Assembly (NCBI GenBank): GCA_032718475.1
Contig: JAUCBJ010001621.1
Coordinates: forward strand, 1-64,000
Origin: Nemertoderma westbladi
Taxonomy: Eukaryota > Animalia > Xenacoelomorpha
Direction of reading: 5' to 3'
DNA: 64,000 nucleotides
Under the pieces are notes generated by a model. The model had not been told where the DNA came from. It did no database searches and saw only the letters and a list, made by a program, of their open reading frames with translations. Shown here piece after piece: positions 12,047 to 24,589 of this stretch (position 1 is the first letter of the stretch; every line of letters starts with the position of its first letter). The position numbers and the translations under genes are program-made.

Positions 12047-12499
12047 CTCCCCCCCATGCTATCTTCCCGGTGAGAAGATAGCATCAACCTCTAAGAGCGC
12101 TTCAATTCCGCTGGAAGCCCGATCTACTATCGGGTGTGGGGTGGAGTTATTTTTTTTTTCTCGGAGCCGGCTTTCCAGGCCGCTCCCTATGGGTATGATA
12201 TCGCTACCCTGTCTTGGTGCAACTTCATCTATCTTGCACCAAGACATCTGGCGTCTCGTGTCGGGCCACTTGCGGGTTTCTCTCACACAATTTTTGTTTC
12301 CCCAACACTCTCTCCACTCTAACTTCTCCACTCTACCTTACTCTCTACTCTAACACTCTCACTCTCTCCCCACACCTGAATCGCACTTGTCTGCACTCTC
12401 TCTCACCAGCAGCTCCTCTCCATACTCCTCTCTACTCTCTACCACTCCCTAAGGCCCTAATCTCTAATGCTACCCCTGTGCTATCATACTATCTACCTT

Positions 12500-13090
12500 A
12501 TCTAAAGTCTAACTTGCTAACTATCTAACTCTCTGTTCTACTAACTCTAACTAGCTCTCTGACTAACTCCTACTAACTCTTCTAAGTCTACTAACTCTAA
12601 CTCCACTAACTCCTAACTCTACTAGCTCTAACTAACTCCTAACTCTCTTCTAACTCTACTAGCTCTAACTAGAACTCTCTAACTCTCTACTAACTCTAAC
12701 TCTACTAGCTCTAACTAGAACTCTCTGCTAAGTCTACTCCGCTTACTACTTTCTACGTGGCGCTTTCGGTGCCTACAACCACCCTCTGCTACTACCTCCA
12801 TCTACGGGCGCTTCCTTTGCCCACAACCTCTCTACTACTACTTTCTACGTGGCGCTTCCGGTGCCCACAACCGTTCTGCTACTCATGGCATGTTAATATA
12901 CCACACTCCCTTACCCGCCGACTTCTAACTTAACTTTCTATTATCTTCTAACTACTAATTACTATCTTCTTACTATCTTCTACTATCTAACTATCTACTA
13001 ACTTTCATACTTCTAAATATTTCTACTTACTATCTAACTTCTACTTATTTATTATTTAATTATTTATTATTTATTTTAATTAAATAATTA
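12500..13090. repeat. Low-complexity CTAACT/CTACT repeats in the element-2 3' region
   Basis: Repeated ctaactct, ctactagctctaact, ctatcttcta; strong strand skew. Confidence 0.8.
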
Positions 13091-13158
13091 TTTGTGTGGG
13101 AAGGGTGTCTCGCCCTCATTCCCACCCCCCTCAGTCCAAAATATTGGACGACTAAACT

Positions 13159-14145
13159 CTAATGTCCCCCTTGATCTTCCATCGATTCTTTCCAGGAGGC
13201 ATTCTCCCACTGCCCCCCTATACGTCCTCTTATTCTTCGCCACACTCTCTCCGCCAATTCCAACTCACCAGGAATTGGTTCTCCCTCTTCTGCCACCCCA
13301 AAATCGGGTCTCTCCGCCGCCTTCTTAACTTTCTCGTCTCTTGGCACCAAAATGCCACCTCCCACCTTGTTGTCTCCTGGCGGCAGAATGAAAAGAAACT
13401 GAAAGAACAGACAAAACAGAATGTACAATAGTAGTCCTATCCCTTTCCATCCTGTCTTCCTTCTCGACTTCCCCCTTGTCGGTATGCCTTTCAACCGGAC
13501 CGGCGTCTCTTCCGGACACTCCTCTGGACACTCCTCCGGACACTCCTCCGGACTATTGTCCTCCTGACACTCCACCGGACACTCCTCCGGGTTGTCCTCC
13601 GGACATCTCGCCATCCGCTCTTCTCCATCCCCATACCGATACTTGCTGGGACCCTTGTTCCATCCCATTGCCTCTAAGTCTTCCGCGTCAAATCCATTCT
13701 CCTCCACCCACTCTCTTACTTTTACTTCCCCACCTGGTTTATCTACCGTTTCTGGTCTCTCCTCTGCGTCCTCTGCGTCTACGGTGCCTGGTAACATGCA
13801 CCCTGATGTCTCTGTCACTCTGGATGGAATCTTGGTTTTAACTGGGCCGCTAAGCATCCATCCGAACGGCGTGAGGATTGCCGTCGGATCCCACTGTCTG
13901 TCTTCGCCGAAGACCATCTTAATTCTCTCGTGGGCCATCGGGCAGTCCATTCCTACTATAATGGATACCTTCCTAATGTCCACCTCTGGTATTGAGAAAT
14001 CGATACCATCCAGGAATCTATATTGTTCAACCTCAATGTTAGTTGGTCGCCTGGCGTTGATATTTATCGATTCCATCACCTGGATGGGGTCGATGGTCGC
14101 CCCATAGTCGCATCCCGGTGCAATCGCTGATATCCTGCACCGCAT
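13159..14145 (-). CDS. Element-2 terminal ORF: BEL post-protease-like segment, ECPE repeats, predicted hydrophobic helix
   Basis: SIIVGMDCP..AILTPFGWMLSGP resembles ILIGQNA..AVRTRVGWYFTGP of element 1; GIGLLLYILFCLFFQFLFIL; true start uncertain. Confidence 0.5.
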   Translation of the reverse strand: MRCRISAIAPGCDYGATIDPIQVMESININARRPTNIEVEQYRFLDGIDFSIPEVDIRKVSIIVGMDCPMAHERIKMVFGEDRQWDPTAILTPFGWMLSGPVKTKIPSRVTETSGCMLPGTVDAEDAEERPETVDKPGGEVKVREWVEENGFDAEDLEAMGWNKGPSKYRYGDGEERMARCPEDNPEECPVECQEDNSPEECPEECPEECPEETPVRLKGIPTRGKSRRKTGWKGIGLLLYILFCLFFQFLFILPPGDNKVGGGILVPRDEKVKKAAERPDFGVAEEGEPIPGELELAERVWRRIRGRIGGQWENASWKESMEDQGGH

Positions 14146-16240
14146 CCATAGTCCTTCACTTATCGCGCGTAGGTTTATATCTACCGATTTAGTGTTTTGG
14201 TTATCTAGACTCGGCCTACTGGGTATGTTGGGATTATGTTTATTTGTGGTGTTATTTTCTTTCTGTCCCTGTAACGGTGTGGCCCTACTCCCAGCTAACT
14301 GTGGGCTTGTAGCCCCCTGTGTGGCTGCGTGTGGTAGCGAGTCTTACTCTCGGGAATGGATCTGCAGGATTGTGTTCGGGTTTAGGCCTGTTGTATTCGG
14401 TCTTAGGCGCCTTCCCCAAACTATCCTCACTATAGACTGGGTCTGTTATCAACTCGGCTTCGTAGTTTAAGAAGCTCGACATTTCCTCTAGCCCTGGCTC
14501 CGCACCGTTCTTCTCGCGGGTGGAGAAGACGATCTTCCTCCACTTGCTCCGCAGCCAGATCGGCAGTGCCTGCGCTATCGTGGTGATGTTATTAGATGCG
14601 TTGAGTTCGTATGGCGCGTCTAATGTCTTCAGTATGATTAACGCCTTCTCGACCTTGTTCGCAAAGGTCTTTATGCTAACAGGGTTGTCTTGTAGGCCAC
14701 CTGATGTTATACCCCTCAGGGTCTGCCGGATGATCTTGGCTGGGTGTCCGTATTCCCTGTCTAGCGCCCGCCATGCGGTCGTGAAGCCGCCCTCGATGCC
14801 CTGATACTGCCTCATGAAAAGAAACTGAAAGAACAGACAAAACAGAACGTACAATAGTAGTCCTATCCCTTTCCATCCTGTCTTCCTTCTCGACTTCCCC
14901 CTTGTCGGTATGCCTTTCAACCGGACCGGCGTCTCTTCCGGACACTCCTCTGGACACTCCTCCGGATACTCCTCCGGACTATTGTCCTCCTGACACTCCA
15001 CCGGACACTCCTCCGGGTTGTCCTCCGGACATCTCGCCATCCGCTCTTCTCCATCCCCATACCGATACTTGCTGGGACCCTTGTTCCATCCCATTGCCTC
15101 TAAGTCTTCCGCGTCAAATCCATTCTCCTCCACCCACTCTCTTACTTTTACTTCCCCGCCTGGTTTATCTACCGTTTCTGGTCTCTCCTCTGCGTCCTCT
15201 GCGTCTACGGTGCCTGGTAACATGCACCCTGATGTCTCCGTCACTCTGGATGGAATCTTGGTTTTAACTGGGCCGCTAAGCATCCATCCGAACGGCGTGA
15301 GGATTGCCGTCGGATCCCACTGTCTGTCTTCGCCGAAGACCATCTTAATTCTCTCGTGGGCCATCGGGCAGTCCATTCCTACTATAATGGATACCTTCCT
15401 AATGTCCACCTCTGGTATTGAGAAATCGATACCATCCAGGAATCTATATTGTTCAACCTCAATGTTAGTTGGTCGCCTGGCGTTGATATTTATCGATTCC
15501 ATCACCTGGATGGGGTCGATGGTCGCCCCATAGTCGCATCCCGGTGCAATCGCTGATATCCTGCACCGCATCCATAGTCCTTCACTTATCGCGCGTAGGT
15601 TTATATCTACCGATTTAGTGTTTTGGTTATCTAGACTCGGCCTACTGGGTATGTTGGGATTATGTTTATTTGTGGTGTTATTTTCTTTCTGTCCCTGTAA
15701 CGGTGTGGCCCTACTCCCAGCTAACTGTGGGCTTGTAGCCCCCTGTGTGGCTGCGTGTGGTAGCGAGTCTTACTCTCGGGAATGGATCTGCAGGATTGTG
15801 TTCGGGTTTAGGCCTGTTGTATTCGGTCTTAGGCGCCTTCCCCAAACTATCCTCACTATAGACTGGGTCTGTTATCAACTCGGCTTCGTAGTTTAAGAAG
15901 CTCGACATTTCCTCTAGCCCTGGCTCCGCACCTTTCTTCTCGCGGGTGGAGAAGACGATCTTCCTCCACTTGCTCCGCAGCCAGATCGGCAGTGCCTGCG
16001 CTATCGTGGTGATGTTATTAGATGCGTTGAGTTCGTATGGCGCGTCTAATGTCTTCAGTACGATTAACGCCTTCTCGACCTTGTTCGCAAAGGTCTTTAT
16101 GCTAACAGGGTTGTCTTGTAGGCCACCTGATGTTATACCCCTCAGGGTCTGCCGGATGATCTTGGCTGGGTGCCCGTATTCCCTGTCTAGCGCCTGCCAT
16201 GCGGTCGTGAAGCCGCCCTCGATGCCCTGATACTGCCTCA
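13389..16240. repeat. Near-perfect 1426-bp tandem duplication inside element 2
   Basis: ORF pairs offset by exactly 1426 (14145/15571, 14192/15618); junction ctcATGAAAAG at 14814 with 1-bp microhomology. Confidence 0.95.
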
Positions 16241-19200
16241 CGATGTCATACGCTGGGCCTCCCGTATATACCTGTAGATATTTTAGGCACTCCGCCTGCG
16301 TCAAGTTGTTATTTAATATCTCGTTGCTGTACATGCGCCGAAATTGCAGGTATTCTTCCGGCCTACTTCCATAGAATTTAAATGGCTCGACCGGTGGTAA
16401 CTCGATCCTGGTCTTTAATGCATCGAATATGTCGCCATTCCCATCGCCTGTGCTTCCAATGGGTTCGCAGGATGCTGTACAGATTCTCCTGTTGGGTGCG
16501 GTCCGCCCGTCCTGTCTGTTGACCTTCTTCATTGCGTCGGATATATCATTGGGGGTAACGGCCCCCTCCATATTTCCGTGTCGCACGACCTGTTCTCGTC
16601 CAGGGGGTTCGATGTTCTCATTGCTGTTCGAGTATATTGTTGATATTGTAATGGGGGAATGTCACCCTGCCCCCCCCCCCCCCCCACCGGTATGTTTGGT
16701 ACTGGGGTTGATGTTAATATATTGGGGCCCATACATCTATGTGCAATAACTCTCCCCTCCCCTGGATATATGTTATGTCCCTGGATATTATAGTCATGCT
16801 GCTGTGCTGGTACCGATATAGGCCTATCTACTTCTTGCCTACCTACCGGCATGTACTCCGCGACTTCCGGGTTTAATCCCGTCGTCCGCGCTACCCTATC
16901 GCCTACTCTATCTCTCACAGCATGGCCTATAATAGTATGTGCAGTAAGGCCTACAGTATGTCATGCAGTCTGCATGTGCCCTTCCGAACCGAAGTTTAAG
17001 TCTCTCGAATCTCGAATCTCCCCGCGACTACCGTACTCTCGATCGGCAGCTATATCCCGTCGGGAAGTTTCTCTTCGATCCCCTCTTCTATTCTCGTCTT
17101 CGTATCAGTACACTCTGTACCCCTCTCCTGGTGTGCGGTGCGTCTCTCCGGGGCGACGGCAATCTCCCGGAGTTCGACCCCACTGACTCCCTAACTCCAT
17201 CTCTACTATCGACGGCTCGCTATCCATCCTCGCTCTCCGGTTGCTCCTAGCAACGACTCTTCTATTATCTTCACTTCTTCTCTCTTCGACCTCTCGGTTA
17301 AACTCTACTAATCTTCTTCTTTCTTCGACCTCTCGGTTAAACTCTACTATTCTTCTTCTCTCTTCGACCTCTCAGTTAAACTCTACTATTCTTCTTCTCT
17401 CTTCTGACTGGGCTCGATGTCTCGTCACTCGCCCGTTCTCGGCGCTAACATCTGACTCTACTCTGTCCGGCTGGACCCTCCTGGGGATACTCATCATCCC
17501 CCTACTATTCTCCGTCGTCGGGTGCCGCGGTCCACCTAACTTGTCCCGCGCATTATCCGCCGACGCCTGTGGGACATTCTCTGCCCCCCCCCCCCTCTCG
17601 CTACTAATCTCTCGTGGTGGGGCGCCCGTAGCCCCCCCCCCACCTGCCACTTCTAACTTCACTATCTCTTACTACACTTCTGCGTCCCTCTTGTCGGACA
17701 TTCTCTACCCCCCCCCCTCTCTCGCCACTAATCTTCCGTGGTGGGGCGCCCGTAGCCCCCCCCCCCCCCCCCCCCACCCGCTACTTCTAACTTCACTATC
17801 TCTTACTTCACTTCTATGCCCCCCTTGTGGGGAATTCTCTGCCCCCCTGTGGGGCATTCTCTGCCCCCCCTCTCTCGCCACTAATCTTCCGTGGTGGGGC
17901 GCCCGTAGCCCCCCCCCCCCCCCCCCCACTCGCCACTTCTAACTTCACTATCTCTTACTTCACTTCTACACCCCTCTCTAGTCGATGCACTGTCTCTACT
18001 GTGGCTGGGTCTACTCACCCCCGCCTCTCCCTGTGGAACTGCGTGGCCTGGCAGGCCCCCGTCGGGTTGACTCACGCCCGACGCTCCCTGCCTAACTACG
18101 TGGCCTTGCAGGCCCCCGTTGGGGTCTCTCGCCCCCGCTACTCTCTGCGCACTAACTGCGTTGCCTTGCAGGCTACAGTTGGCCGGACCATCTGTGTCTC
18201 CTACATTAGTATTAATAGCCCCGTTATCAATATTATTATTTAAATTATTTAAATTAGAATTATTATTATTTTCTAAATTTAAATTATTATTTGAATCATT
18301 TGGAATATTTGAATTAATATTATTCGGATTATTTTGAATATTTGAATTAGAATTATTATTTGAATTATTTATATTTAAATTACTACTACCAGGTAAAGGG
18401 TTATTATCTGCAATAAAGGTTTGATTAGGGTCATCCACTACGGTACTATTAATATTAATTACTTCTAATGTATTATTATTACCCCCCCCCCCCCCCCCTG
18501 CCCGTACGGCTACACCAGTTCTGGTTCTGTCGCCCGGTGCTTGTAAGTGGGGTATTAACAAACGTTTTCACTACTTCTGGCTCCTCGTAAACACTACCCG
18601 AGCCAGCCTCACTCTCTGATAGTCCCAACTGCGCCAGTTCTAGTCGGTGTTTCTGTTTGGCTTTATATTGCATAAGCCCCCTTAGGCGGGCATGCAAATC
18701 ATCCCACACACGCTTTGCCTCTATCTCTCTCTCTCTGTCCTCTCGTAAACTTTGCTTGGCCATCTCTGCCTCTCTCGCAACCCTCTCAAGCCGCCTCGCC
18801 GGCTCGCTCTCTACTCTCATCTCCCGCTCTCTACGCTCCTCGGCTCTCTCTCTACACTCCCTTGCCAACTCTCTTTCTCTCCAACAATGCGGTTCCCTCA
18901 CTCAGTCGCCTCTCTAACTCTTTCTGGTCTAGCGCCGCAATTCTCAATTGACACGCCAGATTTATCTCCCGCACCCGTCTTGCTTTTGCGGAGGATGTAG
19001 CAGACTTATCGGTTGCGACGGACTCCCGTTGCCCCTCTGTCCTACTAACTTTCCCCCGCTTTCCGGGGTTCTCGCTGACCGACGAGACCGAATCCTCGGA
19101 GTTAACCTCGGATTCGCCCTCGTGCGGTCCCGCCCAACCCACTAACTTAACTCCCCTGGCATCGACTAAGTATGGCCCTATGTACACTACACCATGCTCC

Positions 19201-19751
19201 ATACCCCTAGATCGCCACAGTTCGAACAGTTCGGTGGCGACCGCTCTCGCTCTTTCACCCGCCAACTCTCCTTGTCCAAAGCTGACTAGATAGTTAAAAT
19301 GTTTATTCGACTCACCTAGCCGCTTCTCTAGCTTCACCTGATCTACCTTCGCTCCTTCCTTGGCCTCCCTTAGTTGTTCCTTTGTGGCGTTGTAAGCCCG
19401 CCGGAGCCGATCGCTGACCCCGACGTCCTCGTCGCCGACATCCCCTCTTTCTCGGCGTCGTAACGGCGGCCCCACCGTCGCCGTTCCGGTGGGCCGTCCG
19501 TCGCCCTCGGCCCGTGGCTGGCCGGCGACATCGGTACGTCGTCCGCCGCCGTGCCTTGACTCTTCTCTCCCTTCTCTCGACTCGTCTCTCCCTTCTCGTT
19601 GTGGTAGATGGCCGACCTCCGCGTGGATTGCCGGATCGTCTATCATCGACGAACCCGGCGTCGTGGGTTGATACCGTCGCGTCGCGGCCTCGCGGATCGT
19701 TAGGTTGTCGTCCGGGGTCCACGGCGGTGTCCTCTCTCCCTCTTGACTCAT
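15711..19751 (-). pseudogene. Fragmented gag of element 2 (several ORFs joined by frameshifts/stops)
   Basis: ATG 52 bp after the LTR; coiled-coil, Asn-rich and Gly-rich segments; BEL gag core LPPVEPFKFYG..CLKYLQVYTGGPA..ALDREYG..LP..LRSKW in 15711-16586; several breaks lie near poly-G or (GA)n runs. Confidence 0.75.
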
Positions 19752-19803
19752 CTTTGACTTTATGGTGGCTGGCAGTCACAGTTTGCAGTGGTAACTTTGT
19801 TAC

Positions 19804-20384
19804 TGTGACAGGATCAGAGGATCCCGACCGGTATTTGGTTTATGTACGCATCCCCGCCGTGAGTGAAAAGGAGTTTGTTGCTGTCCGGTAATATTCTTGA
19901 TGAGTATATGTATAAGGTACACGAGTAAAATAGATAGCACAATTGATAGCAGTAATATACATAATATGTGATGGTGACGGCGGTTACGGTAACAAAGTGT
20001 TACCGTACTGCCCTAACTAAACTGCAGCACCACTGAGTAAACTGACCGGTAGTAGGGTATGCAACATAATATATACTGGTTACCTACACTACCTTGGCCT
20101 TATTGCTCAGCGGATGCCTTTCCCTCGCCCCTCATTGGCTACTATGCTAATTCTCGCATCCCACCTCTGTGGGAGTGTTTCCCCCCCAGCTGCTGTTACT
20201 TTCTCTCCTTGAGGTAGCTTGACCTCTAACCTCTATTGTGTGGCTCTTTGGGGCTGTGTATTGTGCCCATTATTGGGGGTGGTACGAGGTTGATTGGTAA
20301 TCAACCTCGTGCTTCCCAATATTGCTTAAAGGCGCCCTTTCCAACTTTATGGGGGTTGGTGAGGGGGAATTGAATCCGCTCACA
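19804..20384 (-). repeat. 5' LTR of element 2 (581 bp)
   Basis: TGTGA...TCACA termini; about a dozen substitutions plus a poly-C length difference versus the 3' copy. Confidence 0.92.
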
Positions 20385-20624
20385 AGAAGAATATTTTTGG
20401 TTCTAGAACATTTGTTAGAAAAAAATCTAGTTTCTATTTAAAACGCATGGAATCGTTTTAAAACGTGTTTAAAATCAATAAAAAAAATTTCAAGTTTATT
20501 CATAATATTTTTTCTTTACAATTTTTTTTATTGATTTTAAACACGTTTTAGAACGATTCCATGCGTTTTAAATAGAATCCAGATTTTTTTCTAAAAAATG
20601 TTCTAGAACCAAAAATATTCTTCT
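20385..20624. repeat. AT-rich long inverted repeat (foldback/MITE-like), target of element 2
   Basis: agaagaatatttttggttctagaacatt...aatgttctagaaccaaaaatattcttct, arms ~105 bp. Confidence 0.85.
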
Positions 20625-21058
20625 AGAACGTGATTTTTCTTAAAATGAATAGCTAACATGTTCTGGAACATTTTCTATAAAATAGTATTAAAAACTACCT
20701 ACTACAAAATATCATTTTAATAACTTTTTTAAAAATTAATAGCTAAAGTGTTGAAATTACTAGCTAAAACTATCTAAAACACTAGCTACCATAAAATTTA
20801 GTATCTTGCTTAACGAAGAGTCTTCAATTACGTCCGTTGACCAAATTTCAGCAAATGGAAATTTATAGAACTGGGGAAACATATAGGGAGTATAGAACTT
20901 TATAGAACTTATATCAAAATAGTGTAAAAAAAAAACTGGCTTCTTTTTTAAAGGCCAAATCGACAACATGTTAGGCCGTATAGGCCTATATAGTAGGCCA
21001 TGGGTCAACATCTCCCTACATAAATGTTAAAATATAGCTACAGTAATCAAACTGAGTA

Positions 21059-21983
21059 TCTTCTAATATAAATTACTGCTCAGTTTGTATGTATGTATGT
21101 CCATCGATACACGTCGTCAGATTTCGCTTTCATTCCTTGCTTTGTGGCTCATTCAAGACGATGCAGACCGCTGTCACGGTAAAAGGTTTTACACTTTTAT
21201 TGTTGGCGTGAGGTCGAGGTAGGCCTAGCAGTTCAGTCTTGTAGTCTGTCACTCTACACATTGGGGCTTACCGTCATAAGCGATGAGTGATGCATATCGT
21301 CCTAAGCACGTGAACGTGAACCGTCATTATCTCGAAGCTATTTTACGCATATGCCCAGTATGCCCCTTGGTGAATGCGTATTTGTGGTCAAATTGGGCTA
21401 TTCTGTAGTTGTTTTCGGCCAAATTGCTGGTCAACAGGCAGGAAACTGTATTACTGTACTGTATTACATCAGTTGCACCATCAAAATCAGACTGTTCTAA
21501 CTGACACTTTGCAGATATATACCTGACCATAGGTTTGGAAGGACACTGACCAGTCGTTCAGAGCGTTTCCCCAGTCTACCGCTAGGTGGCGAAATATCTG
21601 AAAGTGAACATCTTCTCCAACTTTGATATTTACAATCCCTTTAGACTGAAACTTGCTAGCATCTACTACAGCATATTATACAGTAGGCTGTATCTTTACA
21701 GAAATGCAGCGCCGTCTAACTTACACCAGTCTGCAGGTAGAGTGTGAAGTTTCTGAAAGTTAACATTTTCTCAAACTTTTCTTATTTACTGTTAAGATGT
21801 TATTGCTGTTAAGCTGAAACTTGACAGTTACTGTATCTCCTACGGGGGTGGGGTTTTATTGTATCTCACGATGTTGAATCTGTTCCATATACATTTCTCC
21901 AATCTGCCACGCATTTCTCAACATATTCACGCGTCATCTGTACATGGACTAGAAAGCTGTGGCCCAAAGGGCAACAGACTTTG
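21059..21983 (+). mobile_element. Possible non-autonomous Helitron-like element
   Basis: A|TC..TAATATAAAT start, (GTAT)n, GCCC-AAA-GGGC hairpin near the end; internal motifs shared with 55237-57275; no clean CTAG end. Confidence 0.35.
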
Positions 21984-22004
21984 TATTAATTATATAAATA
22001 CACA

Positions 22005-22128
22005 GTGTCCGGGCAATTGCAATCCGGACAATTGCGACCCAGCAAATGTATCTAAAATTATGGGTCGCAATTGTCCGGGTCGCAATTGTCCGGGTCCCAA
22101 TTGTGCGGCTCGCAATTGTCCGGACACC
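22005..22128. mobile_element. Small MITE with 15-bp subterminal repeats
   Basis: gtgtccgg...ccggacac ends; inverted caattgcgaccc / gggtcgcaattgtcc units. Confidence 0.7.
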
Positions 22129-23094
22129 AAAATTAATATATTTGATAAAAAAAAAGGTAAGAAGGAATTTTGCTTATTAGCTCAGTACTGTAGACTTATT
22201 TCAGTTCACAAAATTAGTGATAGAAAGTATTTTCGCTATTTTACTCTACTGATAATTATTATTCGATAAAAATAAAATAAAATATAAAAAAATATGGGGT
22301 ATGCAGAAAAGACAGAAGTTAGGAAAGATGAATTGGTAGATCTATTGGACGGATCCAAGTTGGATGTTGGACGGATCCAAGATGTTGGATGTCCTTATTT
22401 CTCACACCTGTTTGTTTGTTTGTTTGTACACACAACTTTTTTTTTAGGCATTACTATGTTATTGGTACCCACTTTTTGACCATTTATTTGACAATGTTAA
22501 TGGCTATTATCATGAGGTTTTTTGATTTAGAACATAAATGTCATCTTCTGTGAGACGTTAGCTAGTGTTTTATTTATGGTAGCTAGTGTTTTTCTTAGGT
22601 AGCTAAACTGTCTGACTGTTTTTTAAATTACAAAACCAAATTTTCGGTACCTAATTTTTGATCAATTTTTGACCATGTTAATGGATATTATCATGATGTT
22701 TTGTGTTCTAGAACATACATTTCACCTTCTGAGAGAGGTTAGCTATTATTTTTTATTATGGTAGCTAGTGTTTTTAAAGGTAGCTAGTGATCTTAAAATG
22801 ACAAAAGAAAATTTGTAGTGCCCCTTTTATTTAGACAATTTCCATATCACCAATATTATTCTTCGAAATGACTAATAAAAAGATAAATAAATCTAGAAAT
22901 TTTTTTGGATCCTCTGGAAAGGATAATATTTTTAAACACGATAAGCAAAGGATATTACTATGCAAAAAGTACATCATTTCATTACTTAATTTACATTACG
23001 AGCGATAGTGAGGCCAAGGTGATGCAGCGCAGGAGTTTATTTATTTTGGTACGTAAGGGTTTAATAAATGAAGAGAAAGCGCCTCCCCATATAG

Positions 23095-23545
23095 TTAAGC
23101 AGTATTTGAGATAGGGATGGATAAGAAAACAATAGAGTAAACGACGGATATGTAAAGGGAAGATATATAACGCAGTGTGAAAAAAATACCAGATGATTTA
23201 TAAATTTTTTTAAGAATGTAAGTTATGTAAATTTCCCAGTTTAATTTAGAATCAACCCAGACACCTAATAATTTTTGGTAGACCATTAATGAATAATAAA
23301 AAAAGGCGATAGAACAAGCGGATACTTGAGGAACACCGCAATTAAGAGGATTGAGATTTGATTTGGTATTACCTATTGAAACAAATTGAAACCGATTATA
23401 AAGGAAACTTGTAAAGAGTTGTAGCGGAAGGCCTCGGATGCCATATGATTCTAGTTTAGTTAATAAGATTTTATGATCGATGGTATCGAAGGCCGTCTGT
23501 GGGTCTATAAAAAATGCAGATTGGCAGGAATTAAGGAAGGAATGT
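23095..23545 (-). pseudogene. Degenerate non-LTR (L2/CR1-like) RT fragment
   Basis: AFDTIDHKILLTKLESYGIRG, CGVPQ, LGVWVDSKLNW. Confidence 0.8.
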
Positions 23546-24149
23546 AGGCGCTCAGTGATAGATGGCAATGCGTGGAGGTTGAAGTTTTGGATCTGAGATT
23601 TTTTTATGATGTTGTGGATCACTTGGACCCATATTGACCAATATGAACACAGGGGATAATTAAATTCGTACTGTAAACAAATTCAAAAAAACAACAAGGG
23701 GGGGGGGGGGGGGGGGGTTAACCCCCCCCCCCCCCCCCCCATGCCATGTTCCTTAATGAATTTCTGATAGTATTTCTAACAAGTCTTCAATGCTAACTGA
23801 CCAATCCAGCTCGTCATAAGAATGGCAATATTATCTTAACTAAAATTGATGATCCATCTACAGTTAGTAATAGGTAATAACCAGATGAATCTAATTCTTC
23901 TGACTCCTATCCAACTTTCATTGCAGTTCGTTTTTCCATACTTTCCAAGCATACTACTACTAATACTATTTGCGTTACTAAACGTAAAAACTGGTACCGT
24001 AATGAAGTCAGAGTCCAAGAAAACAGACATTCCCAGGATTTTAGCTTTGTAGGGTGTCATATTGTATTTTATCAGACAGACCGACTGACAAACGGACAGA
24101 TATACAAGCTGTACAAATACTTTCACGCAGCTGCATTATATATATTACA

Positions 24150-24420
24150 TATATATTAAGAATGCAGTGCCGCCGGCTTATCGACAAAATTGCGCCGCCA
24201 CAACTCCCTATCACCCATGACATTTGCTATATCATCAGCATCTTCAATGTGTCCAGTGTCGTTTAAGATGCGTCTCGAGAAAGTCATGGGCTGTCCACCA
24301 TGCTTATTCACTCCTGAGGCTGCCAAAGCACAAGATTATACAGTGGCAGGTCATCATGGTGAAAGCAATGGCTTGCAAAGCGGAGGCGGTAAAAGTGCCA
24401 AGCTAGGGCTAGGGGAGACT
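24150..24420 (-). mobile_element. RTE-like LINE 3' fragment
   Basis: Reverse-complement homolog of 46920-47190 (ggacagcccatgactttc, ggagttgtggcggc, cagcattcttaa). Confidence 0.7.
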
Positions 24421-24589
24421 AATGGAGGACTTTTGTACATAACCTCCTATTGTTATGGCAATGTGGAACCGACAAATAATGTTGCAAAGGTGGTTCCCCT
24501 TAAAAAATAAAAGGTATGGTAATTATCTACTGTACACCTGTGCCAATTATGGTACTTTTGTCCAGAACGTCCACATTAACTTGCTAAGC

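Larger units (their letters stand above)
11473..20384 (-). mobile_element. Non-autonomous BEL/Pao-derived LTR element (element 2)
   Basis: Two ~98% identical LTRs, PPT, BEL-type gag core and post-protease segment, no RT/RH/IN motifs. Confidence 0.88.

Noticed and set aside
12520-12730. Telomere-like repeats
   Set aside because: Irregular CTAACT units, not TTAGGG/TTAGG arrays; internal to the LTR element
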